DNA of 64,000 nt from a virus (IMGVR_UViG_3300045988_083449:481-64480); one strand, 5' to 3'; positions 1 through 9,588 are shown, numbered from the stretch's first letter. The notes: generated by a model from the sequence alone, not told the origin. Numbers and translations: made by a program.

Positions 1-659
1 GCAGGTTTCCAGTGAGTGCATTTGTATCCGACGGTTCCTTTCTCGTCAACACACTTCAGACCAACGAAGGCGTCAATGTATCCTGATTCTTTATCACGCT
101 TCAGAATGAAAGCCTTGTCTTCTGTCTCGTCTTCGATTAGTTGATCAAGGAAGTTTTTGCCTTCCTTGTTCTTACCGAAGGTAATAGAAACATCAAAGCT
201 GTCTTCAATGCCTTCGTCATCTTCCTCTGTTTCACCACCTGCGTCTTCTTCTTTTTCAAACGCCTTGCCTTTGTTAGCGAAAAGGAAAACATCAAGACGC
301 TGAACGAGCTTATTCCAAACCTCGGGTTCTGCATCGTTTGCAAAAATGTTAATGATGTCTTTGCTCTCAACACCCAATGCTTCAGCAAGAACTTTGATGT
401 AGGGCATATCACCAACGCCTTCCTTAAACACTTCAAGGATTGTGTTGTAAGACTCAATAGCCTTATACAGTTTCACGACTTCAAAGATAGTCGTTACTAC
501 TTCTTGGATACTGCGGTCTTTAGCATCCTTCTTACTGTTGGCAACGGTATCGGAAACCTTGCGGAACTGATCAAGCATCTGCTTCTGTTTTTCATTCAAC
601 TCAGCAACTGTTTTATCGGCGAGTTCATTGATGTGTTCTTTTCTTTCTGTCTGATTCAT
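1..659 (-). CDS. hypothetical acidic protein; partial, C-terminus runs off the left window edge
   Basis: ATG at 659 has AAGGA about 9 nt upstream. My translation (MNQTERKEHINELADKTVAELNEKQKQ...) stays open to position 1. It is absent from the track because it has no in-window stop. Track ORFs 141..713(+) and 137..457(-) overlap it and look like shadows. Confidence 0.55.
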   Translation of the reverse strand, partial: MNQTERKEHINELADKTVAELNEKQKQMLDQFRKVSDTVANSKKDAKDRSIQEVVTTIFEVVKLYKAIESYNTILEVFKEGVGDMPYIKVLAEALGVESKDIINIFANDAEPEVWNKLVQRLDVFLFANKGKAFEKEEDAGGETEEDDEGIEDSFDVSITFGKNKEGKNFLDQLIEDETEDKAFILKRDKESGYIDAFVGLKCVDEKGTVGYKCTHWKP

Positions 660-668
660 AATGGTTCC

Positions 669-1811
669 TTAAATAAATCCATTGTTAAAGGCGATAAAGT
701 TTGGACACGCTAAGGAGTCGCCTTGTTTCTCCGTGCTGTGTACGTCACACAACCAACGCTTACCTTCACCAGTCGTAATGGCTGATGCGTGTAAACATTG
801 GGCGCAAGTGTTAATTGAATTGGTCTTACCTTCCTGACACGCACTGCGTTTAAAGCAGAACTGACAGTAGAAATCTTTCTTAGGCTTTAACGTTCGAGCT
901 TCCAGTGCTTCCTTTGCTCGTTGCATCAACCCCATTGCCACGTCTTTGTTGTACGGAACAATCTCTGCACTAAAGTCAGAGTTATCCTTGCAGTAACAGA
1001 CAAACACTGCGTACTGCATACCGCTTAGGTACATACACAACTGAACCTGAGCGTAGTAATGCGGGTCGCTTAGTGCTACGCCTTGCAGTACAAAGTTCTC
1101 AAAGCGTTTCTTGTTCATGGACTTCACTTCGAGAACAGCTTTAAAGCCTTTCTCTCCCGTGATAATCCCATCCAAGTGACATACAACATGACCGCCTAAG
1201 GTTGTGTACTCATGCTGCTTTCCGTCTTCGGCTACTTCGGAGATGTTCAGACCACCAGCTTTTAGTTGAGCCACAACGAAGTCTTCAAGCGCATGTCCGT
1301 TCTGAAAGATGCGGGTCTGACGAGGTGTCTCTATATCGTTCGGAAAACCTCTCGCACACAAAGAGTTGTATGCGATACAGTCATTGCCGATGTGCGACGC
1401 TCCGATATAACGACGAGGTTTCTCCTTACCCATGTACAGTTTTGCAGTCCCTAAGTCGAATGCCTTCTTTACGACTTCAGCAGCTTCCTTAAACTTTTGA
1501 TCTAAGGCAGATGCAGAAACCTGAGAAGAGATTCGCTGGAGTGCTATTGCTTTCTTCTTTACAGGAGCGGGAACGGTGTCTGTCAACACAATCTTCCCGT
1601 CCGTGAACGTGTACATAGGAGGCAAACCCTCTATAGATTTCACCTCGTCATCTTGGACAGTGATCTGAACACTGGCTTTGATACCGCCTCTAGCCTCAAC
1701 CGAGAAACGGAAGACGTACAAGCTCGGGTCACCCGAAGGTATAGCCACTGCCCTGATGATTCGGAATCCCGCATCCTCAAGCAGTTGGGAGTGAGTAGGG
1801 ATTGAACACAT
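669..1811 (-). CDS. PD-(D/E)XK exonuclease, Cas4/RecB-like with Fe-S cysteine pattern
   Basis: HLDGII...AVLEVKSM gives a D...E-x-K core. The C-terminal CQFCFKRSAC is C-x2-C-x5-C, and an upstream Cys lies in HIGNDC, as in Cas4-family nucleases. It sits in a Sak4 recombination module. Confidence 0.65.
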   Translation of the reverse strand: MCSIPTHSQLLEDAGFRIIRAVAIPSGDPSLYVFRFSVEARGGIKASVQITVQDDEVKSIEGLPPMYTFTDGKIVLTDTVPAPVKKKAIALQRISSQVSASALDQKFKEAAEVVKKAFDLGTAKLYMGKEKPRRYIGASHIGNDCIAYNSLCARGFPNDIETPRQTRIFQNGHALEDFVVAQLKAGGLNISEVAEDGKQHEYTTLGGHVVCHLDGIITGEKGFKAVLEVKSMNKKRFENFVLQGVALSDPHYYAQVQLCMYLSGMQYAVFVCYCKDNSDFSAEIVPYNKDVAMGLMQRAKEALEARTLKPKKDFYCQFCFKRSACQEGKTNSINTCAQCLHASAITTGEGKRWLCDVHSTEKQGDSLACPNFIAFNNGFI

Positions 1812-1820
1812 ACTTATTCC

Positions 1821-2237
1821 TTAGAACGGGATTGCATCTGATTCATCAACGGGTTCCGTTACAGCTTCTTCCTTAGGAGGACGGAACACGTTTGCAACAC
1901 GTGTGTATTCACCGTCCTGAATGACAGTGATACCCACAGTCAAACCGATCAGGGAATTGACAGAGCCAGGATGCTTCGGTGTCGGGTGACCTGCGTATAC
2001 AAGCAGGGTGTAGAGTTTGTCGAGACCAATCTCGACAGCCTGTTTGTTGGCGTTTGCCACAACGATTGTCGTGGAGGTTGTACCTTCAGGTGCTTTGAAA
2101 ACGATGATCAGGTTTTTGCCTGTACCAAGTTTGTTATCTTTAACCTCAGCTTTAGTAATCGTTGCGACGTAACGCCCAGGCTTCAGAGGCTCTTGGATGT
2201 GAGCGTTGCTGAGGTCGAGATTAGAAAAATCAAACAT
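1821..2237 (-). CDS. hypothetical; possible DUF669/SSB-like partner of the Sak4 module
   Basis: 138 aa, located between the Sak4-like ATPase and the Cas4-like nuclease. Assigned by position and size only. Confidence 0.35.
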   Translation of the reverse strand: MFDFSNLDLSNAHIQEPLKPGRYVATITKAEVKDNKLGTGKNLIIVFKAPEGTTSTTIVVANANKQAVEIGLDKLYTLLVYAGHPTPKHPGSVNSLIGLTVGITVIQDGEYTRVANVFRPPKEEAVTEPVDESDAIPF

Positions 2238-2250
2238 TTAAATTAACTCC

Positions 2251-2580
2251 TTAGTTTTTCTGGGACTGTTTCCAGTGTTCTGTTTTGAAACGGACAAGGC
2301 TGCTGATCAGATCGAGATCGGCTTGAGCTAATCCAACGTTGTCAAAGAACTCTTCCTGCAACTTGAAGTAGTTATCTAAGTCGGAAGTGCCTTTAGCTAA
2401 ACTGTCTTTCATACGGTTGAGAAGGACGGTGATCTTTTCAGCACGGTGGACAACGTGCTCAGACATAACAGACAAAGCTGTCGGCCCTTTCACACAGTTG
2501 AATACAAGCGTTGAACCTGAAGGAAGGGAATTAGATTCCATCTCCTTTTGCATTAGGGTTTGAATGTTTGCATCGGACAT
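2251..2580 (-). CDS. hypothetical protein
   Basis: 109-aa ORF tightly packed in the minus-strand operon. Confidence 0.5.
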   Translation of the reverse strand: MSDANIQTLMQKEMESNSLPSGSTLVFNCVKGPTALSVMSEHVVHRAEKITVLLNRMKDSLAKGTSDLDNYFKLQEEFFDNVGLAQADLDLISSLVRFKTEHWKQSQKN

Positions 2581-2582
2581 GA

Positions 2583-3347
2583 TTAGTTCTCGATCTTTGA
2601 AAGAACATCAACAATGGACGCAGTGTCTTCAATCGGAAGGACACGTCTTTTCTCGTCACGTACTTTTGCGTGGTACCCACGGATGTCGTCCGTGATGACG
2701 TAACGTTTGATAGAGACTTTTCCGTCTTCTCCTTTAACGGAAACCTTTACACCTGCAAGGACGTTATCGAAGATGCCCATGAGCTGACTGCGCATCTTTG
2801 CGCCCTGAACGTTCGGATAAACTTCACGAGCTCCATCTTCGTTGTCGGATTCAACAGACAAGGCAGAGAGAACGACGTGATAGGGAAGGTCACGAATGAA
2901 CTTGCATGAGGCAAGGAACAATTGGTTGTAAGTGGCGAACTTCTCAAACCCGTTGACCTTCTTGCCAGTCTTAACGGCTGTAGCTTCGGCCTGAGCAGTT
3001 GCGTATTCCATCACCATATCAGAGAGCTCGGTGATTGAATCCACCATAATCCATTTGTATCCCTGATCTTTGAACTCTTTCGTGAGCATCATCTTCACAA
3101 TGCCTTTAAAAGAGAACACACCTTTATCAGGATCATGAGCTCCATCGAAAGAGGAGAACGGAAGGTAGTCGATTCCAGCTCCACGGATTGAAGACAATCC
3201 GCTTTCACCTGAAAGGACGAATCCCTTTCCGTACTTCTCTTGGTAATACTTGGCTTGGGTTGTTTTACCCCAACCAGCGTTTGCGTAAACCAATGTCTTT
3301 AAATAAGACGTGGTTTCGTCTGCTGTATTGAACGGCTTAAATGCCAT
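2583..3347 (-). CDS. Sak4-like RecA-fold ATPase (AAA_24-type recombination protein)
   Basis: Walker A in LVYANAGWGKTTQA and a Walker-B-like WIMVDSITE. The ~250-aa size is typical of phage Sak4 proteins. Confidence 0.6.
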   Translation of the reverse strand: MAFKPFNTADETTSYLKTLVYANAGWGKTTQAKYYQEKYGKGFVLSGESGLSSIRGAGIDYLPFSSFDGAHDPDKGVFSFKGIVKMMLTKEFKDQGYKWIMVDSITELSDMVMEYATAQAEATAVKTGKKVNGFEKFATYNQLFLASCKFIRDLPYHVVLSALSVESDNEDGAREVYPNVQGAKMRSQLMGIFDNVLAGVKVSVKGEDGKVSIKRYVITDDIRGYHAKVRDEKRRVLPIEDTASIVDVLSKIEN

Positions 3348-3360
3348 TAGTTACTTCTCC

Positions 3361-3726
3361 TTATTTAATAATGCGAACAACGACTGCTGCTTCAGGCGTG
3401 AAACAGTTATTGAGCACATCTCTTTCTTCTTCAGATAAAGACTCATAGATAGAGTCAGCGATTGAGAGTTTCCGACTGACAAACTCGGGAAGTGTCTGAC
3501 CGTAAAGAGCTTCCAGTTCTTTACTATCCCATTTCCTTGTTTTCTTTTCTTTCACTTTTACAGTGTGGTCAGAGCCGTTGATTTCTAACTCCACATCAGA
3601 AACCATTCCGGTCTCAACAATGGTATTAAGTAACGTCTCCTTGGCTTGTTTCGCTTCCTTTGCGAAATTCTTTGCTTGATATGACTTGCGAACGAAATCA
3701 TCTACAAGCGCTTTGAGGTCTGCCAT
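3361..3726 (-). CDS. hypothetical protein
   Basis: 121-aa ORF; first gene of the leftward block that diverges from the primase gene. Confidence 0.5.
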   Translation of the reverse strand: MADLKALVDDFVRKSYQAKNFAKEAKQAKETLLNTIVETGMVSDVELEINGSDHTVKVKEKKTRKWDSKELEALYGQTLPEFVSRKLSIADSIYESLSEEERDVLNNCFTPEAAVVVRIIK

Positions 3727-3817
3727 GTTTCAATTCCTTTCCTATTTGAATGAAAACAATGGTAATATAACTGAAAATTTTGAGTAATACAAGTAAATAT
3801 TTTCTCAAGGAAGTTAA

Positions 3818-5821
3818 ATGTCAGACGAAATAAAAGACGACGAGTTCTCTGAATACATGAAAGAGGTTCGGGAGTCTGCTGATCTTTATTTAGAACTTGG
3901 CTTATCCATCATTCCTATCAGCCTGACCGAAAAGAAACCTGCTATTTCATGGAAAGAATTTCAGTCAAGGCAACCGACAGAGGAGGAAGTTGACAGTTGG
4001 TTTAATGACGGAGTGCCCTGTGAAGGAGGCACAACTAAAGTCTTCGGACTCGGAATTGTCACGGGTGCGATTAGTAATTTAGTCGTTGTTGACTGTGACA
4101 ATCAGGAGGCTTTGGAGTACGCAGTAAACGACGGAGAAATTTTTAGTAATGTTACGGTAAAGACTACACGTGGAAACCACTTCTACTTCAGACATCCTGG
4201 CTTCCCTGTGCCGAACAAGGTTGGAAGTGTCAGCACAGACTGGCCCAACTTAAACGGCCTTGATCTCAGAGGCGACGGCGGTTACGTTGTCGCTCCTCCG
4301 TCTTTGAAGTGGAGCACAGAAGAGAATCGCTTCGTTCATCAGTACAGGTTTGAAACTTCTGAAGATATTCATGATGCATTTCTTTGGTTACCTACGTACA
4401 AAGGAATGCCCATTGTCGGGGAGGAACCTCAGCAACGACAGATTATGTCTAACGAGGACTTCTCGTTTGAACAACTAAGCCTCGAAGGTTGTAGAACTAG
4501 CGACACCGTTTGGGACGAGATAAAGGCCAAAACAAAAAAGCTCGGAAGAAAACTCCGAGAAGGAGAAGGTCGAAACATTTGGGTCACTCGTTACGTTGGT
4601 TACTGTTTGACGCTGGGTATGGATGTTGAGCAGATCAAGGTAGCAGCTCAACAGTTCATGGCTGAGTTCTTTGACTCTCTCCTTCCTGAGAGTGAATACA
4701 TGGCAACTATTCACAGTGTTGTTGACCGTGATAAACGTCGTCATCCTGAACGTTACGAAGCGAAGGATAAATACAACAACGCCAACCCTGTACGACAAGC
4801 AAGGGCTAAAGCTATCAGCCTGATCACTCCTAAGAACTTAGCTGAGTTGCACCAGTTGAACGGTGACAGGAACTTCCTGATTGACCCGTTCATATCACCT
4901 CAGTCCATCACGCAGGTTGTTGGTTTCAACGGTCACGGTAAAACACTGTGGCTGATGTCGTTGTTATGGGCGGCTTCTCTTGGCAAATCATTCGGAGCAG
5001 GTTCAGTGGACAAAGCTGTCAACGTTTTGTACTTGGACTACGAACTCTCTGCTACCACGATTGTTGACCGCATTGATCAACTCTCTACAGGCTTGGGAGA
5101 TATGCCTGAGAGTATGAGTATTTGGGCGGCTTCCGTATCTGATATTGATCTTGACCTCAACAGCGGACAAGGAATTACCAACCTTCAGAAGTTACTGGAA
5201 CAAACCAATCCTCAGATCGTTGTCATCGACACGGTGCGTTCGGCTTGGCAAGGAATGGAAGAGAACTCACCAGCAGCTTGGGTCAAAGTCAATCAACTTT
5301 GCATGGCGATACGTAACACAGGACGTGCAGTCGTGTTCGTACACCATAGAAACAAACCTAGTGCCAACGGTTTCGGTCGTGAAGCAGGTTCAACCGCACA
5401 GCTTAAAGACTTAGACACACAGATCATCGTAACAAAGGTAATTAAGGACGACGATCAAGCTCAACGTGAAGCCGGATTGCCGGATGCAATTACCAAAGTT
5501 GTGACCAACGACAAAGGTGCAGTTAATACCGCATGGAATTACTTAGCGTCTAAATGTCCGCTTGGTGCGGAACTCACAGCAGTATTCCAAATCGCATTCG
5601 GCAAGGTAAGACAAGTTACTGAAAACCACGAGACATCGTATGTCGGATTGTGTACCGACATCGGAACGGGGAAGACGATCTATGTCTCGTCTCTGTCTCC
5701 CCGTCAACGAGCAGAAGCATTGTACCGAGCAGGTAAGTCACCGCTTGATATTGCTATGCGCCTCAAGATTCCACGCAACGTCATCCAACGTTGGGTAGAA
5801 AAAACTGAAACGTCAAACTAA
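3818..5821 (+). CDS. bifunctional primase-polymerase / P-loop helicase
   Basis: N-terminal prim-pol signatures: LSIIPI..KKPAISWKEFQ, VVDCDN and DLRGDGGYVVAPPS. C-terminal P-loop GFNGHGKT, Walker B VVIDT and HHRNK resemble RepA/DnaB-like helicases. Confidence 0.75.
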   Translation: MSDEIKDDEFSEYMKEVRESADLYLELGLSIIPISLTEKKPAISWKEFQSRQPTEEEVDSWFNDGVPCEGGTTKVFGLGIVTGAISNLVVVDCDNQEALEYAVNDGEIFSNVTVKTTRGNHFYFRHPGFPVPNKVGSVSTDWPNLNGLDLRGDGGYVVAPPSLKWSTEENRFVHQYRFETSEDIHDAFLWLPTYKGMPIVGEEPQQRQIMSNEDFSFEQLSLEGCRTSDTVWDEIKAKTKKLGRKLREGEGRNIWVTRYVGYCLTLGMDVEQIKVAAQQFMAEFFDSLLPESEYMATIHSVVDRDKRRHPERYEAKDKYNNANPVRQARAKAISLITPKNLAELHQLNGDRNFLIDPFISPQSITQVVGFNGHGKTLWLMSLLWAASLGKSFGAGSVDKAVNVLYLDYELSATTIVDRIDQLSTGLGDMPESMSIWAASVSDIDLDLNSGQGITNLQKLLEQTNPQIVVIDTVRSAWQGMEENSPAAWVKVNQLCMAIRNTGRAVVFVHHRNKPSANGFGREAGSTAQLKDLDTQIIVTKVIKDDDQAQREAGLPDAITKVVTNDKGAVNTAWNYLASKCPLGAELTAVFQIAFGKVRQVTENHETSYVGLCTDIGTGKTIYVSSLSPRQRAEALYRAGKSPLDIAMRLKIPRNVIQRWVEKTETSN

Positions 5822-5832
5822 AGGAGAAAGTA

Positions 5833-6144
5833 ATGGACGAACAACAGAAAAGAATCTCTTGGAAACTCAGACCTGAAACAGAAGATATGTTGATGACTGT
5901 GTTCTCAACAGAAGCGGGAAGAGATGACGCAGTGCTGTTGGCATTGCGTGACTTGGAGGATTACTACAACGCAGGAGTACGTAACGAGACCTTGCCTGAG
6001 ATTATGAAACAGCTTTACGACTATGAGATGAAATGGGTGGAAGTGATTTGTCATCCCACCATGAATCGTTTTACTCATGCCATTACCTTTTGGTTGCACC
6101 TTGATGACGACTTTGAGTACATCAAAGACGAGGAGGTGCATTGA
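5833..6144 (+). CDS. hypothetical protein
   Basis: 103-aa ORF with AAGGAGAAAG upstream of the ATG. Confidence 0.5.
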   Translation: MDEQQKRISWKLRPETEDMLMTVFSTEAGRDDAVLLALRDLEDYYNAGVRNETLPEIMKQLYDYEMKWVEVICHPTMNRFTHAITFWLHLDDDFEYIKDEEVH

Positions 6145-6365
6145 TGAAGGATGCGTTAGCCATCATAAAGGACACCATCCTCTGCGTGGTTTGTTTTCCT
6201 ATGCTCCCGCTTGTATGCGTAATCCTTAAAGGAGTACAAGTGGACAACGAAAACAACACGATCAACATCGACACAAACACCACACTTACTCTAGTCATTT
6301 ATGGACTGGCTTATTGGCTCTCTCTGATGGGCGGAATATTCCTTATTTTGTCGGTGTTGTTATGA
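6144..6365 (+). CDS. small membrane protein
   Basis: ATG at 6144 lies 8 nt after AGGAGG; the track start at 6141 is TTG. Two hydrophobic segments are present. Confidence 0.45.
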   Translation: MKDALAIIKDTILCVVCFPMLPLVCVILKGVQVDNENNTINIDTNTTLTLVIYGLAYWLSLMGGIFLILSVLL

Positions 6366-6679
6366 GCGAATATGATCGTAAGGTTGCTCAGGCAACAGAG
6401 GAGTTGGCTAAGGAACTCCAGTACAAACGTGCATCAGGTGTTGCTTGGTCTCAGTTAGAGATTGAATACGATCTGTCTCGCAAGACAATCTTGAGAATCT
6501 TTAAACGATTTGATATGCAGGATATGGTTCTGCCTCCTGAAGAGATGTGGGATAGGCCGTGTCTGAAATGTCGCAAACCTATCCTCCGTCCTAAAGGTCA
6601 GTGGCTTTGCATGAAGTGCAAGTATTCAAACGTTGAAACTGCGTCCGGATTATCTAGCTCTTTCTTAGGATTAGTATGA
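6362..6679 (+). CDS. zinc-ribbon protein
   Basis: ATGA overlap with the upstream stop puts the start at MSEYDRK. CLKCRKP...CMKCK gives a CxxC...CxxC pattern. Confidence 0.5.
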   Translation: MSEYDRKVAQATEELAKELQYKRASGVAWSQLEIEYDLSRKTILRIFKRFDMQDMVLPPEEMWDRPCLKCRKPILRPKGQWLCMKCKYSNVETASGLSSSFLGLV

Positions 6680-7044
6680 CACCACGATCTGCAAAACAAA
6701 AAGGCTCTATGTATGAAAGAGAGTTGGCAGCTTACTTCAACGCCTGTCTTTTGCTTGACCCGCCTGTTAAGAGAGCGTTGCTAAGTGGAGGAGGGGTTGC
6801 TACAGGCGGAGCAGACTTGGTAAACACTCCGTTCATACACGTGGAAGCTAAACGTACAGAAAGATTCCAGCCTTACAAGGCGATGGAACAGGCTGAGGAA
6901 GCAATCAAGAAGTCTAACGAAGAGGACATCATGCCTGTCGTCATCAACCGTAAGAACGGCGTAAAGATTCAGGACAGCTTAGTTGTCATGCGTCTTGAAG
7001 ACTGGATAAATCTGTACTTCACGTACACGATGTGTCGCAATTAA
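6676..7044 (+). CDS. Holliday-junction resolvase-like PD-(D/E)XK nuclease (Hjc-type)
   Basis: KGSMYERELAAYF ... GADLV ... HVEAKRT gives the E / D / E-x-K order of Hjc-type resolvases. Confidence 0.5.
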   Translation: MTPRSAKQKGSMYERELAAYFNACLLLDPPVKRALLSGGGVATGGADLVNTPFIHVEAKRTERFQPYKAMEQAEEAIKKSNEEDIMPVVINRKNGVKIQDSLVVMRLEDWINLYFTYTMCRN

Positions 7045-7047
7045 CGC

Positions 7048-7081
7048 AAAACGTCACCATATCCTTGCGGGTATGGTGACG
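7048..7081 (-). terminator. intrinsic terminator between convergent genes
   Basis: A 13-bp stem (CGTCACCATATCC / GGGTATGGTGACG, one G-U pair) closes a TTGC loop. A U-run follows on the minus strand only. Confidence 0.6.
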
Positions 7082-7097
7082 CTAACGACATATCAGA

Positions 7098-7469
7098 TCA
7101 GATAGGCGTCCTAAGATCAGACTTAAGTCTCCTATATACATCCCTGTCAAGGTCATTCTTACGTTCTTCCAAACGCTGTCGAGCTTGTTTCTTAGTTTTG
7201 TAAAACTCATAGAAGCATATAGCATCAATGCGATCAGTCACGTTTTCGATACCCGTTCGGAACGTATCTAAGTCGGAATCATCCTGAGCATAAGAGATTA
7301 GCTTGTAGTTGTTGGCAAGGTCATAGCATCTTATGCCGTCCTTATTTGTCGTGAACGTTATACCGTACACCTCCGCAGGACTTTTCCTGTCGTAGTATTC
7401 GTCGTCTATCAAGCAAAGGGAAGGTGTTTGTTTTTCACGGACATACTTTAAAAGTTTAGTTCTTCTCAT
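7098..7469 (-). CDS. hypothetical protein
   Basis: The track ORF 7098..7517 overlaps its upstream neighbour. The internal Met (MRRTKLL, 7469) removes most of that overlap. The sequence is visibly AT-rich. Confidence 0.4.
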   Translation of the reverse strand: MRRTKLLKYVREKQTPSLCLIDDEYYDRKSPAEVYGITFTTNKDGIRCYDLANNYKLISYAQDDSDLDTFRTGIENVTDRIDAICFYEFYKTKKQARQRLEERKNDLDRDVYRRLKSDLRTPI

Positions 7470-7962
7470 CTCTCGACTCCCAAATGAAATTGTCAAACAA
7501 GTCCATGTATCCATCACACCTCTCTAGTTTTTTATTTATTCGCTCTTCTAAGTCTTTACGTCCTTTATAAGAAAGTTTTAGGTTACACAGGTGCTCGTAT
7601 GCGTCATCAAAAACGTCCCTTAAGAAAGATACATCCTTATAAGATAAAGTGATCTCTCTCTTAGGATAGAAAGCAACACGACAAACCTTGCCAAACTTAC
7701 CAGTGATGTCGTCATAGTCTTCGATTGAATCTTCACAGTCGTATGTGAAGTCAGCGTCATACTTTTTAAGTAAGTCAGCATATTCCCTATACTTTTCGTC
7801 GTCGATTAGAGATTTATTTAGAAGGAGATTGGAAAGTTCGCTGTCAATCTTGTAAAACTTATATCCTTCAGAGGCTGCTAAATAATCCATGTTGAGTTTG
7901 ACATAGGTTTCAAAGTTTTCGTACTGGTGATGTGGATTAAATTCTTCTGTGAAGTTGTCCAT
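7456..7962 (-). CDS. hypothetical protein
   Basis: 168-aa ORF, acidic and AT-rich. Confidence 0.45.
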   Translation of the reverse strand: MDNFTEEFNPHHQYENFETYVKLNMDYLAASEGYKFYKIDSELSNLLLNKSLIDDEKYREYADLLKKYDADFTYDCEDSIEDYDDITGKFGKVCRVAFYPKREITLSYKDVSFLRDVFDDAYEHLCNLKLSYKGRKDLEERINKKLERCDGYMDLFDNFIWESRDEKN

Positions 7963-7971
7963 GATTGTTCC

Positions 7972-8799
7972 CTAGATTTGTTCAACGATTGATTCCAGCT
8001 TGTTCCTCACTAAGCCTCTGTATCGCATCGTCATTTGCAGATTGGAATGTCCCAATGCAGAAGCTATGTCCGCCAAATCTCCTCCGTATGAAGCGATTAA
8101 GGCGGCGTATGCGTGTCTTAGATCGTGAAGTCTCAGCTCTTGATAGCCGAGAATTTCACAGCAGACTTTCAATGCTTTGCCTAAGACACGTGATGCTTCG
8201 TTGTGATTGGGGATTCTCTTTCCGTCCGGATATAAAAAGGGAACAGCTCCGCACTGGAACAAACATCTAAGTTCTTTTGTGAGCGGAACAACTCGTTCGA
8301 TTGTCTTTGTCCTTCTGCCCACAGGTTTGTGAATCACAATGGCTTTGCCGTCAGACCTGATGTCCTGATAGGTAAACCTCATTGCTTCACCCAAACGTGC
8401 ACCTGTATGTGCAAGAAGGAGAAGGGAAGGGTATGCCCAAGGATAAACTCTCTTTGCAACTTCGAGAATCATATGAAGTTGTTCAGGTGATATGTCTACA
8501 TAACGAGTGTTGTTTACGTAAGGAAGCGGTATCGGAGTAGGACGACTGATCAAGGCCGAACGATAGCCGAAGTTTCTTATTGCTCTTACCTGTACGAGAA
8601 TCCTTTGCCGTGTTGCAGGAGCTTTGCCTTCCCAATGATGGGAGGCAATCGCTGCCAACTCCACGCCGTCCGTTTCAGCGTCCAGCTCACCGAACACATG
8701 ACGAATGGCTCTCAGCTTCTCTAAAAGAGAAGCCCCAAGTTGCGGGGCTTCTAGAAGTTTGTACGCTATGTACTTATCTATCAGATCATTTACTCTCAT
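7972..8799 (-). CDS. tyrosine recombinase, short XerC/D-like form
   Basis: HTGARLGE (Arg), HDLRH, and ALGHSNLQMTMRYRG (His...Tyr) form the catalytic signature. At 275 aa it has no long N-terminal arm-binding domain. Confidence 0.8.
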   Translation of the reverse strand: MRVNDLIDKYIAYKLLEAPQLGASLLEKLRAIRHVFGELDAETDGVELAAIASHHWEGKAPATRQRILVQVRAIRNFGYRSALISRPTPIPLPYVNNTRYVDISPEQLHMILEVAKRVYPWAYPSLLLLAHTGARLGEAMRFTYQDIRSDGKAIVIHKPVGRRTKTIERVVPLTKELRCLFQCGAVPFLYPDGKRIPNHNEASRVLGKALKVCCEILGYQELRLHDLRHAYAALIASYGGDLADIASALGHSNLQMTMRYRGLVRNKLESIVEQI

Positions 8800-9110
8800 T
8801 TTGTGTTCCTTTCCTTGTAAGAACGAAGAGTGAAACGAGCCATAAAAATAGGGAAGTTCTCGTCAATAAAATCAAGAACTTCCCATTCATCCAAGCACAA
8901 AAATGTGCGGTACATTTTTTTCCACAGACTGTGGTCTATGTCTTTCCAATCTCCCTCCATGTAAGCATTAAGGATTTCATACAATTCGTCGGTGGAAAAT
9001 ACATCAACGAAGTCTGTCAGGAATTTGTTTAATTCGATCCCTGTATTCGTCTCTGTGTTCCCTCCAATCTTTTGGAACCCCTGTTTTCTGCTGAAACTCC
9101 TCGTTGTCAT
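8796..9110 (-). CDS. hypothetical protein; start uncertain
   Basis: 104-aa ORF. Its 5' ~107 nt overlap the end of the upstream gene, so the true start may be internal. Confidence 0.3.
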   Translation of the reverse strand: MTTRSFSRKQGFQKIGGNTETNTGIELNKFLTDFVDVFSTDELYEILNAYMEGDWKDIDHSLWKKMYRTFLCLDEWEVLDFIDENFPIFMARFTLRSYKERNTK

Positions 9111-9480
9111 ATTGCTTTAATCCTTCAGTAACTTCGAGAACACGCTGAGCTCCGTTGTTCATCCCAAGTGCTTCCCTTGCTCTGAATAAGTTCACTCTTA
9201 TCGAGTTCTCACTAACATCGAACACCTTGCTGAGTTCGTCTATCTTTGCGCCGTATAAAAAGAAGGCGGTTAAAATAAGGAGACGTTTAACAGTCAGAGC
9301 TTTGAGTTCGACTATTACGTTCGTTTCAGTTTTGTCTGTAACAGGAAGAGCGTTGTGAACGGCCTGTGTTTTCAGATTAAACTCACCCGTGGATAGCCTC
9401 TGAAGCAACTCTTCGTAAGCTCGTTTGTAAAAATCTCGTTCGTCTCTAAGGGACTGAATGTTTCTTTCTAATTTTTCCAT
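9004..9480 (-). CDS. HTH regulator resembling sigma-70 region 4
   Basis: ATG at 9480 follows AGGAGA. LYGAKIDELSKVFDVSENSIRVNLFRAREAL resembles sigma/LuxR region-4 HTH motifs. Confidence 0.45.
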   Translation of the reverse strand: MEKLERNIQSLRDERDFYKRAYEELLQRLSTGEFNLKTQAVHNALPVTDKTETNVIVELKALTVKRLLILTAFFLYGAKIDELSKVFDVSENSIRVNLFRAREALGMNNGAQRVLEVTEGLKQYDNEEFQQKTGVPKDWREHRDEYRDRIKQIPDRLR

Positions 9481-9588
9481 CACGTATCTCCTATAAGGAA
9501 AGGATTGGAAACAATTATACATACATTTCCAATCCTCAGTAATGTTCAGATATGATTACCTGAAAAGTTTTTCTTTTATTACTTAACG

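Noticed and set aside
137-713. Track ORFs 141..713(+) and 137..457(-)
   Set aside because: Both have low-complexity, Phe/Leu/Lys-rich translations. Both overlap a cleaner minus-strand frame that starts at 659 with an RBS and runs off the window edge.
3727-3817. Sigma-70-type promoters in the divergent region upstream of the primase gene (TTGAAT and TTGAGT hexamers)
   Set aside because: I could not find -10 elements at acceptable 16-18 nt spacing, so no promoter is called.
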